Assembly (NCBI GenBank): GCA_002269645.1
Contig: NIVC01000071.1
Span: forward strand, 1-47,607
DNA length: 47,607 bases
Reading direction: 5' to 3'
Source: Macrostomum lignano
Lineage: Eukaryota
Every line of letters begins with the position of its first letter. Positions within the stretch are counted from its first letter, which is position 1. The position numbers and the translations under genes were made by a program. The notes beneath the pieces were generated by a model, which saw only the letters and a program-made list of their open reading frames with translations, was not told the DNA's origin and did no database searches. Of this stretch, positions 12,101 through 25,000 are shown one piece after another.

Positions 12101-15100
12101 GATCCAGCAAGGCCTGTAGATGGCTGCTGTTCTGATCCAGCAAGGCCTGTAGTTGGCTGCTGCTGCTGTTCTGATCCAGCAAGACCTGTAGTTGGCTGCT
12201 GTTCTGATCCAGCAAGGCCTGTAGTTGGCTGCTGTTCTGATCCAGCGACGCCTGTAGTTGGCTGCCGTTCTAATCCAGAAAGGCCTGTAGTTGGCTGCTG
12301 TTGTTGTTCTGATCCAGCGAGGACTGTAGTTGGCTGTTGTTCTGATCCAGCAACGCTTGTAGTTGGCTGCTGTACTGATCCAGCAAGGTCTGTAGTTAGC
12401 TGCTGTTCTGATCCAGCGACGCCTGTAGTTGGCTGCTGTTCTGATCCAGAAAGGCCTGTAGTTGGCTGCTGCTGTTGTTCTGATCCAGCGAGGACTGTAG
12501 TTGGCTGTTGTTCTGATCCAGCAACGCCTGTAGTTGGCTGCTGTACTGATCCAGCAAGGTCTGTAGTTAGCTGCTGATCTGATCCAGCGACGCCTGTAGC
12601 TGGCTGTTCCTCTGATCCAGCGAGGCCTGTAGATGGCTGTTGTTCTGATCCAGCAAGGCCTGTACTTGGCTGCTGCTGTTGTTCTGATCCAGCAAGACCT
12701 GTAGTTGGCTGCTGTTCTGATCCAGCGACGCCTGTAGTTGGCTGCTGCTGTTCTGATCCAGCAAGGCCTGTAGTTGGCTGCTGCTGCTGTTCTGATCCAG
12801 AAAGGCCTGTAGTTAGCTGCTGTTCTGATCCAGCGAAGCCTGTAGTTGGCTGCTGTTCTAATCCAGAAAAGCCTGTAGTTGGCTGTTGTTCTGATCCAGC
12901 GACGCCTGTAGTTGGCTGCTGCTGTTCTGATCCAGCAAGGCCTGTAGTTGGCTGCTGCTGCTGTTCTGATCCAGAAAGGCCTGTAGTTGGCTGCTGTTCT
13001 AATCCAGAAAAGCCTGTAGATGGCTGTTGTTGTGATCCAGCGAGGCCTGTAGTTCGCTGCTGTTCTGATCCAGCAAGGCCTGTAGATGGCTGCTGTTCTG
13101 ATCCAGCAAGGCCTGTAATTGGCTGCTGCTGTTGTTCTGATCCAACGAGGCCTGTAGTTGGCTGCTGCTGTTGTTCTGATCCAGCAAGGCCTGTAGTTGG
13201 CTGCTGCTGCTGTTCTGATCCAGCAAGACCTGTAGTTGGCTGCTGTTCTGATCCAGCAAGGCCTGTAGTTGGCTGCTGTTCTGATCCAGCGACGCCTGTA
13301 GTTGGCTGCTTTTCTGATCCAGAAAGGCCTGTAGTTGGCTGCTGCTGTTGTTCTGATCCAGCGAGGACTGTAGTTGGCTGTTGTTTTGATCCAGCAAGAC
13401 CTGTAGTTGGCTGCTGTTCTGATCCAGCAAGGCCTGTAGTTGGCTGCTGTTCTGATCCAGCGACGCCTGTAGTTGGCTGCTTTTCTGATCCAGCAAGGCC
13501 TGTAGTTGGCTGCTGTTCTGATCCAGCGACGCCTGTAGTTGGCTGCTTTTCTGATCCAGCAAGGCCTGTAGTTGGCTGCTGCTGTTGTTCTGATCCAGCA
13601 AGGCCTGTGGTTTGCTGCTGCTGTTTTTCTGATCCAGCTAGGCCTGTAGTTGGCTGCTGCTGTTGTTGTGATCCAGCGAGGCCTGTAGTTGGCTGCTGTT
13701 CTGATCCAGCAAGGCCTGTACTTGGCTGCTGTTCTGATCCAGCAAGGCCTGTAATTGGCTGCTGCTGTTGTTCTGATCCAACGAGGCCTGTAGTTGGCTG
13801 CTGCTGTTGTTCTGATCCAGCAAGGCCTGTAGTTTGCTGCTGCTGCTGTTCTGATCCAGCAAGACCTGTAATTGGCTGCTGTTCTGATCCAGCAAGGCCT
13901 GTAGTTGGCTGCTGTTCTGATCCAGCGACGCCTGTAGTTGGCTGTTGCTGTTTTTCTGATCCAGCGAGGACTGTAGTTGGCTGCTGTTCTGATCCAGCGA
14001 CGCCTGTAGTTGGCTGTTGCTGTTTTTCTGATCCAGCAAGACCTGTAATTGGCTGCTGTTCTAATCCAGCAAGGCCTGTAGTTGGCTGCTGCTGTTCCTC
14101 TGATCCAGCGAGGCCTGTAGATGGCTGTTGTTCTGATCCAGCAAGACCTGTAGTTGGCTGCTGTTCTGATCCAGCGACGCCTGTAGCTGGCTGTTCCTCT
14201 GATCCAGCTAGGCCTGTAGATGGCTGTTGTTCTGAGCCAGCAAGGCCTGTAGTTTGCTGTTGTTCTGATTCAGCGAGACCTGTAGTTGGCTGCTGCTGTT
14301 GTTCTGATCCAGCGAGGCTTGTAGTTGGCTGCTGCTGTTGTTCTGATCCAGCAAGGCCTGTAGTTTGCTGCTTCTGCTGTTCTGATCCAGTAAGACCTGT
14401 AATTGGCTGCTGTTCTGATCCAGCAAGGCCTGTAGTTGGCTGTTTTTCTAATTCAGCGAGGTCTTTAGTTGGCTTTTGCTCTGATCCAGCAAGGCCTGTA
14501 GTTTGCTGCTTCTGCTGTTCTGATCCAGCAAGACCTGTAATTGGCTGCTTTTCTAATCCAGCAAGGCCTGTAGTTGGCTGATGTTCTGATCCAGCAAGGC
14601 CTGTAGTTGGCTTCTTTTCTGATCCAGCAAGACCTGTAGTTGGCTTTTGCTCTGATCCAGCGACGCCTGTAGTTGGCTGTTGCTGTGATCCAGCGAGGCC
14701 TGTAGTTGGCTGCTGCTGTTGTTCTGATCCAGCGAGGCCTGTAGATGGCTGTTGCTCAGATCCAGTGAGACTTCTATTTGGCTGTTGTTCTGATCCAACG
14801 AGGCCTGTAGTTGGCATTTGCTGTGATCCAGCGTGGCCTGTAGTTGGCTGTTGCTCTGATCCAGCGGGGCCTGTAGTTGGCTGCTGTTCTGATCCAGCAA
14901 GGCCTGTATTTGGCTGCTGTTCTGATCCAACGAGGCCTGTAGTTGGCTGTTGCTGTAATCCAGCGTGGCCTGTAGTTGGCTGTTGCTCTGATCCAGCGAG
15001 GCCTGTAGTTGGCTGCTGTTCTGATCCAGCGACACCAGTAGTTGGCTGTTGTTCTGATCCAGCGACGTCTGTAGCTGGCTGTTGTTCTGATCCAGCGGGG

Positions 15101-18100
15101 CCTGTAGTTGGCTGCTGCTGTTGTTCTGATCCAGCAAGGCCTGTAGTTGGCTGTTGCTCTGATCCAGCAAGGTCTGTAGTTGGCTTCTGCTGCTGTGCTG
15201 ATCTAGCAAGACCTGTAATTGGCTGCTGTTCTGATCCAGCAAGGCCTGTAGTTGGCTGCTGTTCTGATCCAGCAAGGCCTGTACTTGGCTGCTGTTCTGA
15301 TCCAGCAAGGCCTGTAGTTGGCTGCTGTTCTGATCCAGTGACGCCTGTAGTTGGCTGTTGCTGTTGCTCTGATCCAGCGAGGTTTGTAGTTGGCTGCTTT
15401 TCTGATCCAGCATAGCCTGTAATTGGCTGCTGTTCTGATCCAGCAAGGCCTGTAGTTGGCTGCTTTTCTGATCCAGCAAGACCTGTAGTTGGCTTATGCT
15501 CTGATCCAGCGACGCCTGTAGTTGGCTGTTGCTGTGATCCAGCGAGGCCTGTAGTTGGCTGCTGCTGTTGTTCTGATCCAGCGAGGCCTGTAGATGGCTG
15601 TTGCTCAGATCCAGTGAGACTTCTATTTGGCTGTTGTTCTGATCCAACAAGGCCTGTAGTTGGCTGTTGCTGTGATATAGCGTGGCCTGTAGTTGGCTGT
15701 TGCTCTGATCCAGCAAGGCCTGCAGTTGGCTGTCGTTTTGATCCAGCGAGGCCAGTAGTTTGCTGTTCCTCTGATCCAGCGAGGCCTGTAGTTGGCTGTT
15801 GCTCAGATTCAGTAAGGCCTGTAGTTGGCTGCTTCTCTGATCTAGCGTGGCCTGTAGTTGGTTGTTTTTCTAATCCAGCGAGGCCTGTAGTTGGCTGTTG
15901 TTCTGATTTAGCGATGCCTGTAGCTGGCTGTTGCTCTGATCCAGTGAGACTTCTAGTTGGCTGCTGTTCTGATCCAACGAGGCCTGTAGTTGGCTGCTGT
16001 TCTGATCCAGCGAGACCTGTAGTTGGCTGTTGCTCTGATCCAGCAAGGTCTGTAGTTGGCTGTTGTTCTAATCCAGCGAGGCCTGTAGTTAGCTGCTGTT
16101 CTGATCCAGCGATGCCTGTAGCTGGCTGTTGCTCTGATCCAGCGAGGCCAGTAGTTGGCTGTTGCTCAGATCCAGTGAGGCCTGTTGAAGGCTGTCGTTC
16201 TGATCCAGCGTGGCCTGTAGTCGATAATTGTTCTGATTCACTGAGGCCTGTCAAAGGTTGCTGGTGCCGTTCTGTACCATTGAAGTCTGTAGTTGGCAGG
16301 CCAACAAGGCCCGTCTGACCTTTTGGTGATGCAGATTCTGATGCTGAAAGTTGATCTATAGAAGTGCTGTCTGATGCAGGCAGCTGACATTTAGCAGTTG
16401 CGTTGAGGGCAGCATCTGCTTTCGGTTGCTTGTCCGTTCTTAAAGCAGGTGGTTCTACTAACTGCTCAACTTTTTCTTTTGGACTAAATGAGGCAGGTAC
16501 CTGATCAACTGCGGTGAGTCGCCTATCATTCGATTGTTGACTAGCAGGTCTTTCATGGGAATTAGTATCGGAATTAACTTCATTGCCAGCAAGGGTTTTA
16601 GAGATGGACTCTTTCTCTGTTTGGACTTTTGGGATCTGGTAGTGGAAATCTCCTGAGAGCTGCTCTGTCAATCCTTGACCTGTAGGCTTCTCTTCGAATG
16701 AGTAATTCGCTTCTCTTGCAATAGTGGGCGTCTGACTGACTGGCGCGAGTTTCAATTGAGTAGGTTCATTCTGCCTGTGCTTCGGGTCCACTTGAGCTTG
16801 GCTTAATGCGTCTCCGCTGTAGTCACTGCCGGGGTGCAAAAGTTCCCGCCCTGGCTGCTGTAGTGAAGGCTTTTCCGCGACGCCTGGCTGACTCACGTCT
16901 CCCTTGGCACCCTTAATCTCTTGCGCGCTGTCAATTTCTGGAGCCGAAACTTTTGCTACCTTGGCCTGGGGAGGCGTCGGAATAGTTTGCTCAGGTTGAC
17001 TCAACTCAGAAGCAGCTGCCGTTGCGCCGCTGCTTCCCGGCAACCTTGGAAAATGATTTGCAAGCCGATTTTGCCCGCTTTCACTGCCGGGGGTTTGAGC
17101 ACGTTTCTTTGCTTGGCTAACAATCGCTGGATTACGCGTGTCCGCTAATCCGTTCAATTGATCGGCGGTCTCCTGCCAGTTGGTTTCCTCGTCGATATTA
17201 TCTTCGCAATCGAATTGCGACTCGGTGCACCTGCACCGTTGCAGTTCGTGCAGCTGGTCCATGGTGATCAGGCCCAGTTGAACTGCTTCTGCCAAACTGA
17301 TTGGCCGTCCGTTTGCCGGGTTCACCAGACAACGCCTTCGAGGGTCGTAGGACGCTGCCAGCTCGCGAAAGCTGGGTAGCAGACGTTTCAGCAGAGCCTC
17401 GGCCTCCTCCTGGCTAATGAGGCCCCGACGAACAGCTTGACTTAGAGACAGTCGAGCTCCAGACGCAGAGTCTTCAATTCCAGCGTAGCAATGCCACAGA
17501 CCGAGCGGCCCCGTCTCGAGCTTTACCACCTCGGCCAGCGAGTCAGCAACTTGCTGAGTTACCAGACCGTCCAAGACTGTAACGAAATCCACACCCGAAG
17601 CCAGCCGCAATACTAGTCGAACAGATCGGAGAGCGCTGGAAAATTCCAAGCTGGGCACCCGATGCTGATGACCCTCGCTAAGCAAGTCCCCGTTGTGCAA
17701 GTGGACGAGTTTTTCGCGGAGAGCGGTCTCAAGTGGAGTCGAACGACCCGATTCTTCGACAACAGTGGACTCGACCAGATGAAAGATGCCTCTCTGCAGA
17801 CAGTCGCCAAAGCAAAGCGGCTCGCCGCTGACTGTGTCGAAAAAGAGCAGAACGGGCTGAAAGTCGGGGCCCAGGCCGGCTCGGTAGGTCTCTGAGCCAA
17901 ACAACAGCGGGTCGGAGCCTCCGAGGGGCTCCGGGCGACGGCTAAAGTTAAACATGGTCACCCCGCCGTCCTGGCCCAGGCGGGCAGTCAGGCAGTTGGG
18001 AAGGCCGCTGGGGGTGCCCTGGGGCCCAGCGGACGGGTCTTGCTTAACGGGGTCAGTCTGAAACAGGCCCGTCTGTGTTGGCAGCGACGGCTGCGCTTTC

Positions 18101-18168
18101 AAGTCAAAGCCGCCGCCGCCGCCGCCACCGCCGCCGCTGCTGCGGCTGCTGACGCTGTTATCGGGAAC
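9124..18168 (-). CDS. shot/MACF1/DST-like: Giant exon (3,015 codons): plectin repeats, then a ~6.5 kb 11-aa tandem repeat
   Basis: Acceptor aacccag|GTT at 18169/18168 is in frame with ORF 9040-18102. Donor CAG|gttggt, phase 0/0. Plectin repeats at ~17250-17850 (AGIEDSASGARLSLSQAVRRGLIS, LVNPANGRPISLAEAVQLGLI). Confidence 0.88.
9740..16290 (-). repeat. Coding minisatellite, 33-bp core unit with 36/39-bp Gln-extended variants, encoding (P)TTGLAGSEQQ(QQ), about 190 copies
   Basis: Directly visible as + strand tgttctgatccagcaaggcctgtagttggctgc repeats. Copy number estimated from length divided by mean unit. Confidence 0.97.
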
Positions 18169-18878
18169 CTGGGTTCGTTCGTCAATTTAATGGATTATTG
18201 AGGCAATATTGGCTTGAAATGGCCGAAAAGTCTTGAAATGTGTGCAACCTAGCTCTACTTTCTCACATAGCTCCTAAGATATGATCGAGACACTTTTTAA
18301 ATTGAATTTTGCTACTTACTCGGCTATTGCTAGGGTTCACTCCAATATGATGCAAGCTTCTAACTACGTATCTGTAGAACTGCTTGTAACTTTTAACAGT
18401 TTTGTTTTGTCTTTTGTCATTGTCATGGTGCATTCTGATAAATTCGCAGTGCATTAGATAACAAAAGCATCTCCTACGAGCTATTTTGTGAGAACTTGCT
18501 AAATACATATTTGTGCTTTATTTAGTTATTATTTTGCAATTTAACATACATTTTGACTTTGAAGTTAAAGAGAATGGTGCAAATATTGGCTATATTTTTT
18601 CGTATAAATTAATCATTAGTGGATGAGCCGAAATTATCTAAAGAGATAAATAATTCTCCAATCGATCGTGGAGTTACGACGCAATTGAGCAGTTTATAAA
18701 TAGCATGCTCAGTACTGGTAGCAATCACATGACAAAAAGGGAAAGAACCTGACACCTACGTAGTAATAGTAGCCCTAAAATGATTCAAATGATGTTTGAT
18801 AGAAAATTTGATTTATGTTCAAACGGTTTCTCGCTGTTGTGAATGGTAACAATTAGCAGTATTCACTCAACACCCTAC

Positions 18879-21519
18879 CTGATTGTCGATAGATCTCGCC
18901 AGCTGCCGCTCGTGCGGTGCCGAGATGATGCGGATCCTAGCGGCCTCTTCAAGCGGCGCTGAGCAGCCTGTGTTGGTGTCGAGCACCGCTCCAGTCACCG
19001 GGTTCACCAGTTCGCGATTCAGCGCCGTTGCCAGCGACACGGACTCGCCAGCGCTGAGGTCCCGCACCAGCACTAGATCCGGGTGCAAAATAGCTGACTC
19101 CACAGTTTGAGGAAATGTCGCGTTTCGACCGTCTCCATCGCTGAACTGCAGTCTCTCGGGTCCCAGTTGTCTTGGACCAGCCGGCGCAAGTAGAGGCAGC
19201 CGGCATAGGGTGCACTGAGGACTCGGAGAGTACCGTTGGCGAGACACTCGGTCAAACGGTCTTCGTCGAGTTCATTGCGGTTAAGAATTCCCAGCTCGAA
19301 TGCCTGTTCCAGACTAATTTCGGTAGGAGCCTGTTCGCCTTCGCTCTTTATCGCCAATTTCGTGCCTTGATGGCTGAGAAAATCCTCACGTATCGCTCGA
19401 GCCAAGCTGACGGGTTCCAGGGTGTCTGGCCGGTAGCAGCAGAGCAGCTCTGGATTGTAGGCGCCTTCCATGGCCAGTTGCAGCGCCGTTGGGCGCTTTG
19501 AAGACGACCACTGGGGTTGCAGGCGACCGGCCGCTTGGTTGGGCAGGCTGGTGTCGTATCCGTGGTGGAAATCGGCCTCCTTTTCATTGTCACCGGAGCT
19601 ACTTGGATAAGTTTGGCGATTAAAGTCTCCGGTCTGTGTAGGGTCCATTTGCTGAGTAGGCACTGCTGATCGAGAAGGATCAACTTGCTGAGTAGACATT
19701 CCTGGTTGAGCAGGATCAACTTGCTGAGTAGACATTCCTGGTTGAGCAGGATCCACTTGCTGAGTAGACATTCCTGGTTGAGCAGGATCAACTTGCTGAG
19801 TAGACATTCCTGGTTGAGCAGGATCCACTTGCTGAGTAGACATTCCTGGTTGAGAAGGATCAACTTGCTGAGTAGACATTCCTGGTTGAGCAGGATCCAC
19901 TTGCTGAGTAGACATTCCTGATTGAGAAGGATCCACTTGCTGAGTAGACATTCCTGGTTGAGCAGGATCAACTTGCTGAGTAGACATTCCTGATTGAGAA
20001 GGATCCACTTGCTGAGTAGACATTCCTGATTGAGCAGGATCAACTTGCTGAGTAGACATTCCTGGTTGAGCAGGATCAACTTGCTGAGTAGACATTCCTG
20101 ATTGAGAAGGATCCACTTGCTGAGTAGACATTCCTGGTTGAGCAGGATCAACTTGCTGAGTAGACATTCCTGATTGAGCAGGATCCACTTGCTGAGTAGA
20201 CATTCCTGATTGAGCAGGATCCACTTGCTGAGTAGACATTCCTGGTTGAGAAGGATCAACTTGCTGAGTAGACATTCCTGGTTGAGCAGGATCAACTTGC
20301 TGAGTAGACATTCCTGATTGAGAAGGATCCACTTGCTGAGTAGACATTCCTGATTGAGCAGGATCAACTTGCTGAGTAGACATTCCTGGTTGAGCAGGAT
20401 CAACTTGCTGAGTAGACATTCCTGATTGAGAAGGATCCACTTGCTGAGTAGACATTCCTGGTTGAGCAGGATCAACTTGCTGAGTAGACATTCCTGATTG
20501 AGCAGGATCCACTTGCTGAGTAGACATTCCTGATTGAGCAGGATCCACTTGCTGAGTAGACATTCCTGGTTGAGAAGGATCAACTTGCTGAGTAGACATT
20601 CCTGGTTGAGCAGGATCCACTTGCTGAGTAGGCACTGCTGATCGAGAAGGATCAACTTGCTGAGTAGACATTCCTGGTTGAGCAGGATCCACTTGCTGAG
20701 TAGACATTCCTGATTGAGAAGGATCCACTTGCTGAGTAGACATTCCTGATTGAGAAGGATCCACTTGCTGAGTAGACATTCCTGGTTGAGCAGGATCAAC
20801 TTGCTGAGTAGACATTCCTGATTGAGCAGGATCAACTTGCTGAGTAGACATTCCTGATTGAGAAGGATCCACTTGCTGAGTAGACATTCCTGGTTGAGCA
20901 GGATCCACTTGCTGAGTAGACATTCCTGATTGAGCAGGATCCACTTGCTGAGTAGACATTCCTGATTGAGAAGGATCCACTTGATAAACCAAATCTCCAG
21001 CACGAGTCCGATGAACTTGGCTAGCAAAGTTCTCTTGTTTATCAGGATCGCCAAGGTGACTAGAATTGGCAGGATGCGAGAAATCATTTTGATGATTTGC
21101 CGGTCGGCTAACATCCTCCTGGCTGCTGCTCATTGCCAATTCGTCGGCCAGCGCATGCAAAGCGTCGATTTGCTCTTCCTCGTCCATTGGCACATCCTCG
21201 CCCTGCTGTTCGTACCGGTTTCCCAGTCGCCTGTCGCCAAACTTGTTCTGCGGCGCCGATCCGGTTGGCTGCATGAAGGCGTCGGCGCCTGCTCGGGCCA
21301 TCCGTACTGAGCTGATCGGCTGATCTTGTTGCGCCTGCTGCGCCTGACGCTGCAGCAGCTCATCATCGGTATCTCCTGGTTGAATCGCCTCAGGCAAAGA
21401 AGCAGGCATATGACCGAGCTGCTCGGGGCGGGCAGGGGGACAGAATCGGGCTGAGGAAAACCATCACCGAAAGTCTGCGAGGAGGATGACTGCTGCGAGG
21501 AAGCAGCCGGGTTCGAAGC
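18879..21519 (-). CDS. shot/MACF1/DST-like: Large exon: 12-aa tandem repeat plus plectin repeats, with 1-2 apparent single-base deletions
   Basis: Acceptor ggtttcag|GCT at 21520/21519 (alternative phase-0 acceptor at 21419/21418), donor CAG|gtaggg. ORFs 19073-21409 and 18867-19247 join by a -1 shift at 19158-19160 (WD-P-ERLQFS). Plectin repeats include EISLEQAFELGIL and ESVSLATALNRELVNPVTG. Confidence 0.8.
19640..20990 (-). repeat. Coding minisatellite, 36-bp unit encoding QQVDP(A/S)Q(P/S)GMST, about 37 copies
   Basis: Directly visible: + strand acttgctgagtagacattcctg(g/a)ttgag(c/a)aggatc(a/c). Confidence 0.97.
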
Positions 21520-22085
21520 CTGAAACCGTTGGGTGCGAAGAGAGAAGTGAGGAGATATGAACACTAAACAGGGTATTGGCAGCGGATGAAAAAAGCCCAG
21601 GAAACACCGGACATGCGTAAAACTTTACAAAGTGTAAATATGAACCAGCGACCACGAGTAAAGCCAATATCCCAATAAGAAGACTACTGAATATGCGACG
21701 AAAGAAAACAGTTGCCAAAACCTGAGCTTTTGCGACAACTTACTCTGACTCTGCTGAACTGCTGATTGTTGAAACTTCTCGCCAATGACTTATAAGAGTG
21801 TAATACCTGACACTAAGGTAAATTAACTAACCGAAAGTTTCCTAGAGTGAAACTTATTGCATTTATAGTGGCTACGAAGGATGTTATGCTTTTAACTACT
21901 GGCAGTATTCTGTACATTAGCGGCAAATGCTACAGTTAGACAAACACACTCAGATTATGAAAAGCAAACGAAAAGCTTCTGATCTCAGGAAAATAGTCCT
22001 AATTCAATGGTCAGCCCGTCTCCGGCCACAGAAACGGCTGCAACCAGAGAACCAGGCTGCAACCAGCCGAGACTGCGCGCCATAC

Positions 22086-25000
22086 CTGCGACATCGGATC
22101 GCCGCCAGCTAAAGTGGCAGCGGCTGCCGCGTCGGCCACAGTCAGGATGCCCATCTTCTCGGCGGTCTCCAACGAGATGAGAGCGCCGCTCGGATCCTTG
22201 ACCTGGCCGGTGGCTGTCAGCTCGTAGCCCGAACGCAAGCGAAATCGTTGCGGTTGACTCGACGCGTCCGCCAGCACGCCGCCGGGATGGTCCAGTGCAA
22301 GCACGGCCGCTCTATCGGCTCCTAGAAGCTCTGCCGTAAGCTGCTCCTGCTGCTTTGGCAACGAACGCGCCGCCTGATGCAAAGGTTCTCTGACGGAATC
22401 GCCAACGTCCTTCGGCAGCTTGCGAGGCGCCTCAAGCGTCAGTTCTTCCTCCACAGTTCTGGCGTGGTAGTTGTCGAACGGGTGCGTCAGGCTGCTAGGA
22501 GCTCGAGACAGTGGTATTGTCTGCACCTGGCCCTCGCGCATGGCATCCGTCAGAATGGACACATCGCCAGTTTTGGTATCCAAGTAAGTCGCTCGCACCG
22601 GATCAATCAGACCGCGCTCCAGTGCTTCAAATACGGACACTCGGGTCTTGTTGTACGAGTCGTACACACCCTGAATCTCGTGCATGTGGTGCCTACTGTC
22701 GTACTGTTCCACGTACATTTTTCCGCGACCGACAGTCACGACAGTGGCGTAGGCGCTTCTCTTTCTAATAGCCTCGACAATAGTGATGCGCTGCAGGCTT
22801 TCCGGGTCTTTCAGAGTCCCGGATTCGAGATCCACTTCTCCGCTAACCAGCATCTGGTTGGTCACGCGTCCTTGCATTTTTGTGTTGCCGTGCTTCAGGC
22901 AGAGCATGTCCAGCACGCAGTTTCTCTCCAGTGCGCCACCGGCGCCGCTGACGCTGCTGATATCGCTTAGCTGACGACCGGACGGCCGGCCATCGTCTCC
23001 TTCTTTGTTCTTGGCTCCGTTTGTTCTGCTCGAACTGGACGGCTTATCTGTCTGTTGTTGTTTCTGTTGCTGTTTCTGCACCTGCGGCTGACTAGACTGA
23101 TTCTTTGAGCCAGAGAGATTCGAATAGATTGGATCTGTTTCGGGTGCTGCAGAGGCAGCTGGCGCGGCTGTACGCCTAGCAAGCAAAGTGCTGGCAAGCA
23201 CCGAAAGCTCTGATCCGGCCGCAGACGTTACCGCCGATGACGAAGCCGCCGGCGAGTCGAGAAACGGTCCTCCTGAGGCCTGAGCAGTTACGGGCAGCTG
23301 TGTAACGTCTGTCAATTCGCTGCCCTCGCTGGCGGTGTCTGCGTTATGCTTGGAACCCGTCGCTGACCGCGCGCTACCACCAGTTAGCGATGTCGGCGTA
23401 CGTCGCTCCTTGCTGCGCACGCTCGTCACCGACTGAGGCGGATCCAGCCACCCAGACGCAATCGCTCGATCAATCGCACCGACGGACGTCCAGGCAGTTC
23501 CACAGCGTTGCGCTTGTAATCGACGAATCCTCGACTGAGCGCCTCTTCAAATGTCATGTGGTCGGCAGCCATCGGAGTTTCCTCAGGCAGCAGGCCCTCT
23601 AAAACAGCGTCGGCAAAGGTTAAATTTTGTCCGCTGCTGCGACACCTCACGCTGCCGGATTCGGGATTCAGCAGACAAGTGGCAATAGCTCGGTTCAGTG
23701 GCACCTGAGCGCCAGTGTCGGGGTCGACTATGGTCGACAACTGGGCGTCAATGAGACCCCGGTTCAGCGCCTCAGCAATTGTGAATGGCGCACCGGGAAG
23801 CGGGAGCACCAGCAGTCCAGAGGTCTCGTCGACGAGGCCTCGAGTAAGCAGTTCGTTCAGCGTTGGCGCAGTTGCAGCCGGTCTTGAAGCAGCAGCCGAA
23901 ATTGAAGTAGCTTCAGGAGATGTGTCGATGCGCAAAGCTTTCATTTGCTGCCCTTGCTTCTGCTGCTGCTCTTTCTGTGTCTGCTTTCGCAGTGTCTCTT
24001 CGCTTTCGTCTTTGTCTTCATTGCTGAGTCGCCGTTTTCTGTGCTGTGATTGCTGCTGCTGCTGCTCTGCAAGTGCAGCCGCCATTGCTGCAGCTTGGGA
24101 TTGTCCCTGTTGCGGGCTGGTCTCTCTCGGCTGCCGCGAAAGTTCCCCTGGCCTGGCAATCGATTTGCTACCTTGGCTTATAGGGACAGTTGCTGTCTCT
24201 GCGCCGCCCAGCCCCCACTCCGCGAGTGAGTGCTGCTCCTCTGACCGGGGGAGCTTAATCGGATCTCCCCCGCCAGCCAAGTCGCTCCGATCGATTGGGC
24301 CGGATCTGCGCGAGACCAGGGCCGGGGCTGCCTGTACAGTCGCCATAGAAACCGGAGAAACAGTCGTACTCGCCGTGAGCTGCACTGGGCTGCGCAACTG
24401 GGTTAGCGGAAGCGCTCTCTCACTGCTGACTAGAACGCTAGTGCCGGCCTCCTGAACTGCCTCATCAGCTGCAGTGAAATCAGCAACGGACCAGCCGTCG
24501 CGATTATGTCTGATTGGAGAAGCAACAGCAAAATGGTTAGGCACATCAAGCACTGGACTAGGAGTGTTAGTTAGAATTGCACGCTTAGGCAGCAACTGCT
24601 GGTAGTCGCTTTCGCTTCCACCGCTACTGCCGACGTTGCTGTTGTTTAAACTGGCGTTAGCTAGGCTTAAGCTCTCATGCTTGGACGCTTGCAATACCTG
24701 CTGCCGGTGCTCAAGCAAAGCGACCAGCTTTTGAAAATCTCCGTTGAGTCTAGCAAGCTCCTCCTGGAGCTGCTCGGCGCCACCTTCGCTGCCGGAGCTG
24801 CCGCTGCCGCCTCTGCCAGCAAAGTCGTAGGTTCGAGCTACTTCGATCAACTCTGTGCCAGTCGCGTTGAGTCCGGCAAGATCCGCGCCCGCCTGCTCGG
24901 CCGATCTGCCGACTTCCACGATCGCGTTGGCGTCCGCGGACGGCGCTGACTGCAAGCGGTGGTGACAGCCGGCCAGCCACACGGAGAACTGCTTCGCCAG

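Noticed and set aside
9659-16318. + strand Cys-rich ORFs (CCSDPARPVVG)n resembling keratin-associated or metallothionein-like proteins, and minus-strand (LDQNSSQLQA)n ORFs
   Set aside because: Shadow frames of the 33-bp repeat. They are broken by scattered stops, whereas the TTGLAGSEQQP frame is open for 9 kb and has in-phase splice sites.
19640-20990. STQQVD as tandem LC8 (dynein light chain) sites
   Set aside because: It resembles GIQVD/TQT motifs but has Gln at a position flanking the anchor Gln in either register, which fits the known consensus poorly.
19348-21114. 588-aa overlapping ORF (LLSKWILLNQEC)n on the same strand
   Set aside because: The 36-bp unit simply lacks a stop in a second frame. 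No splice or motif support for dual coding.
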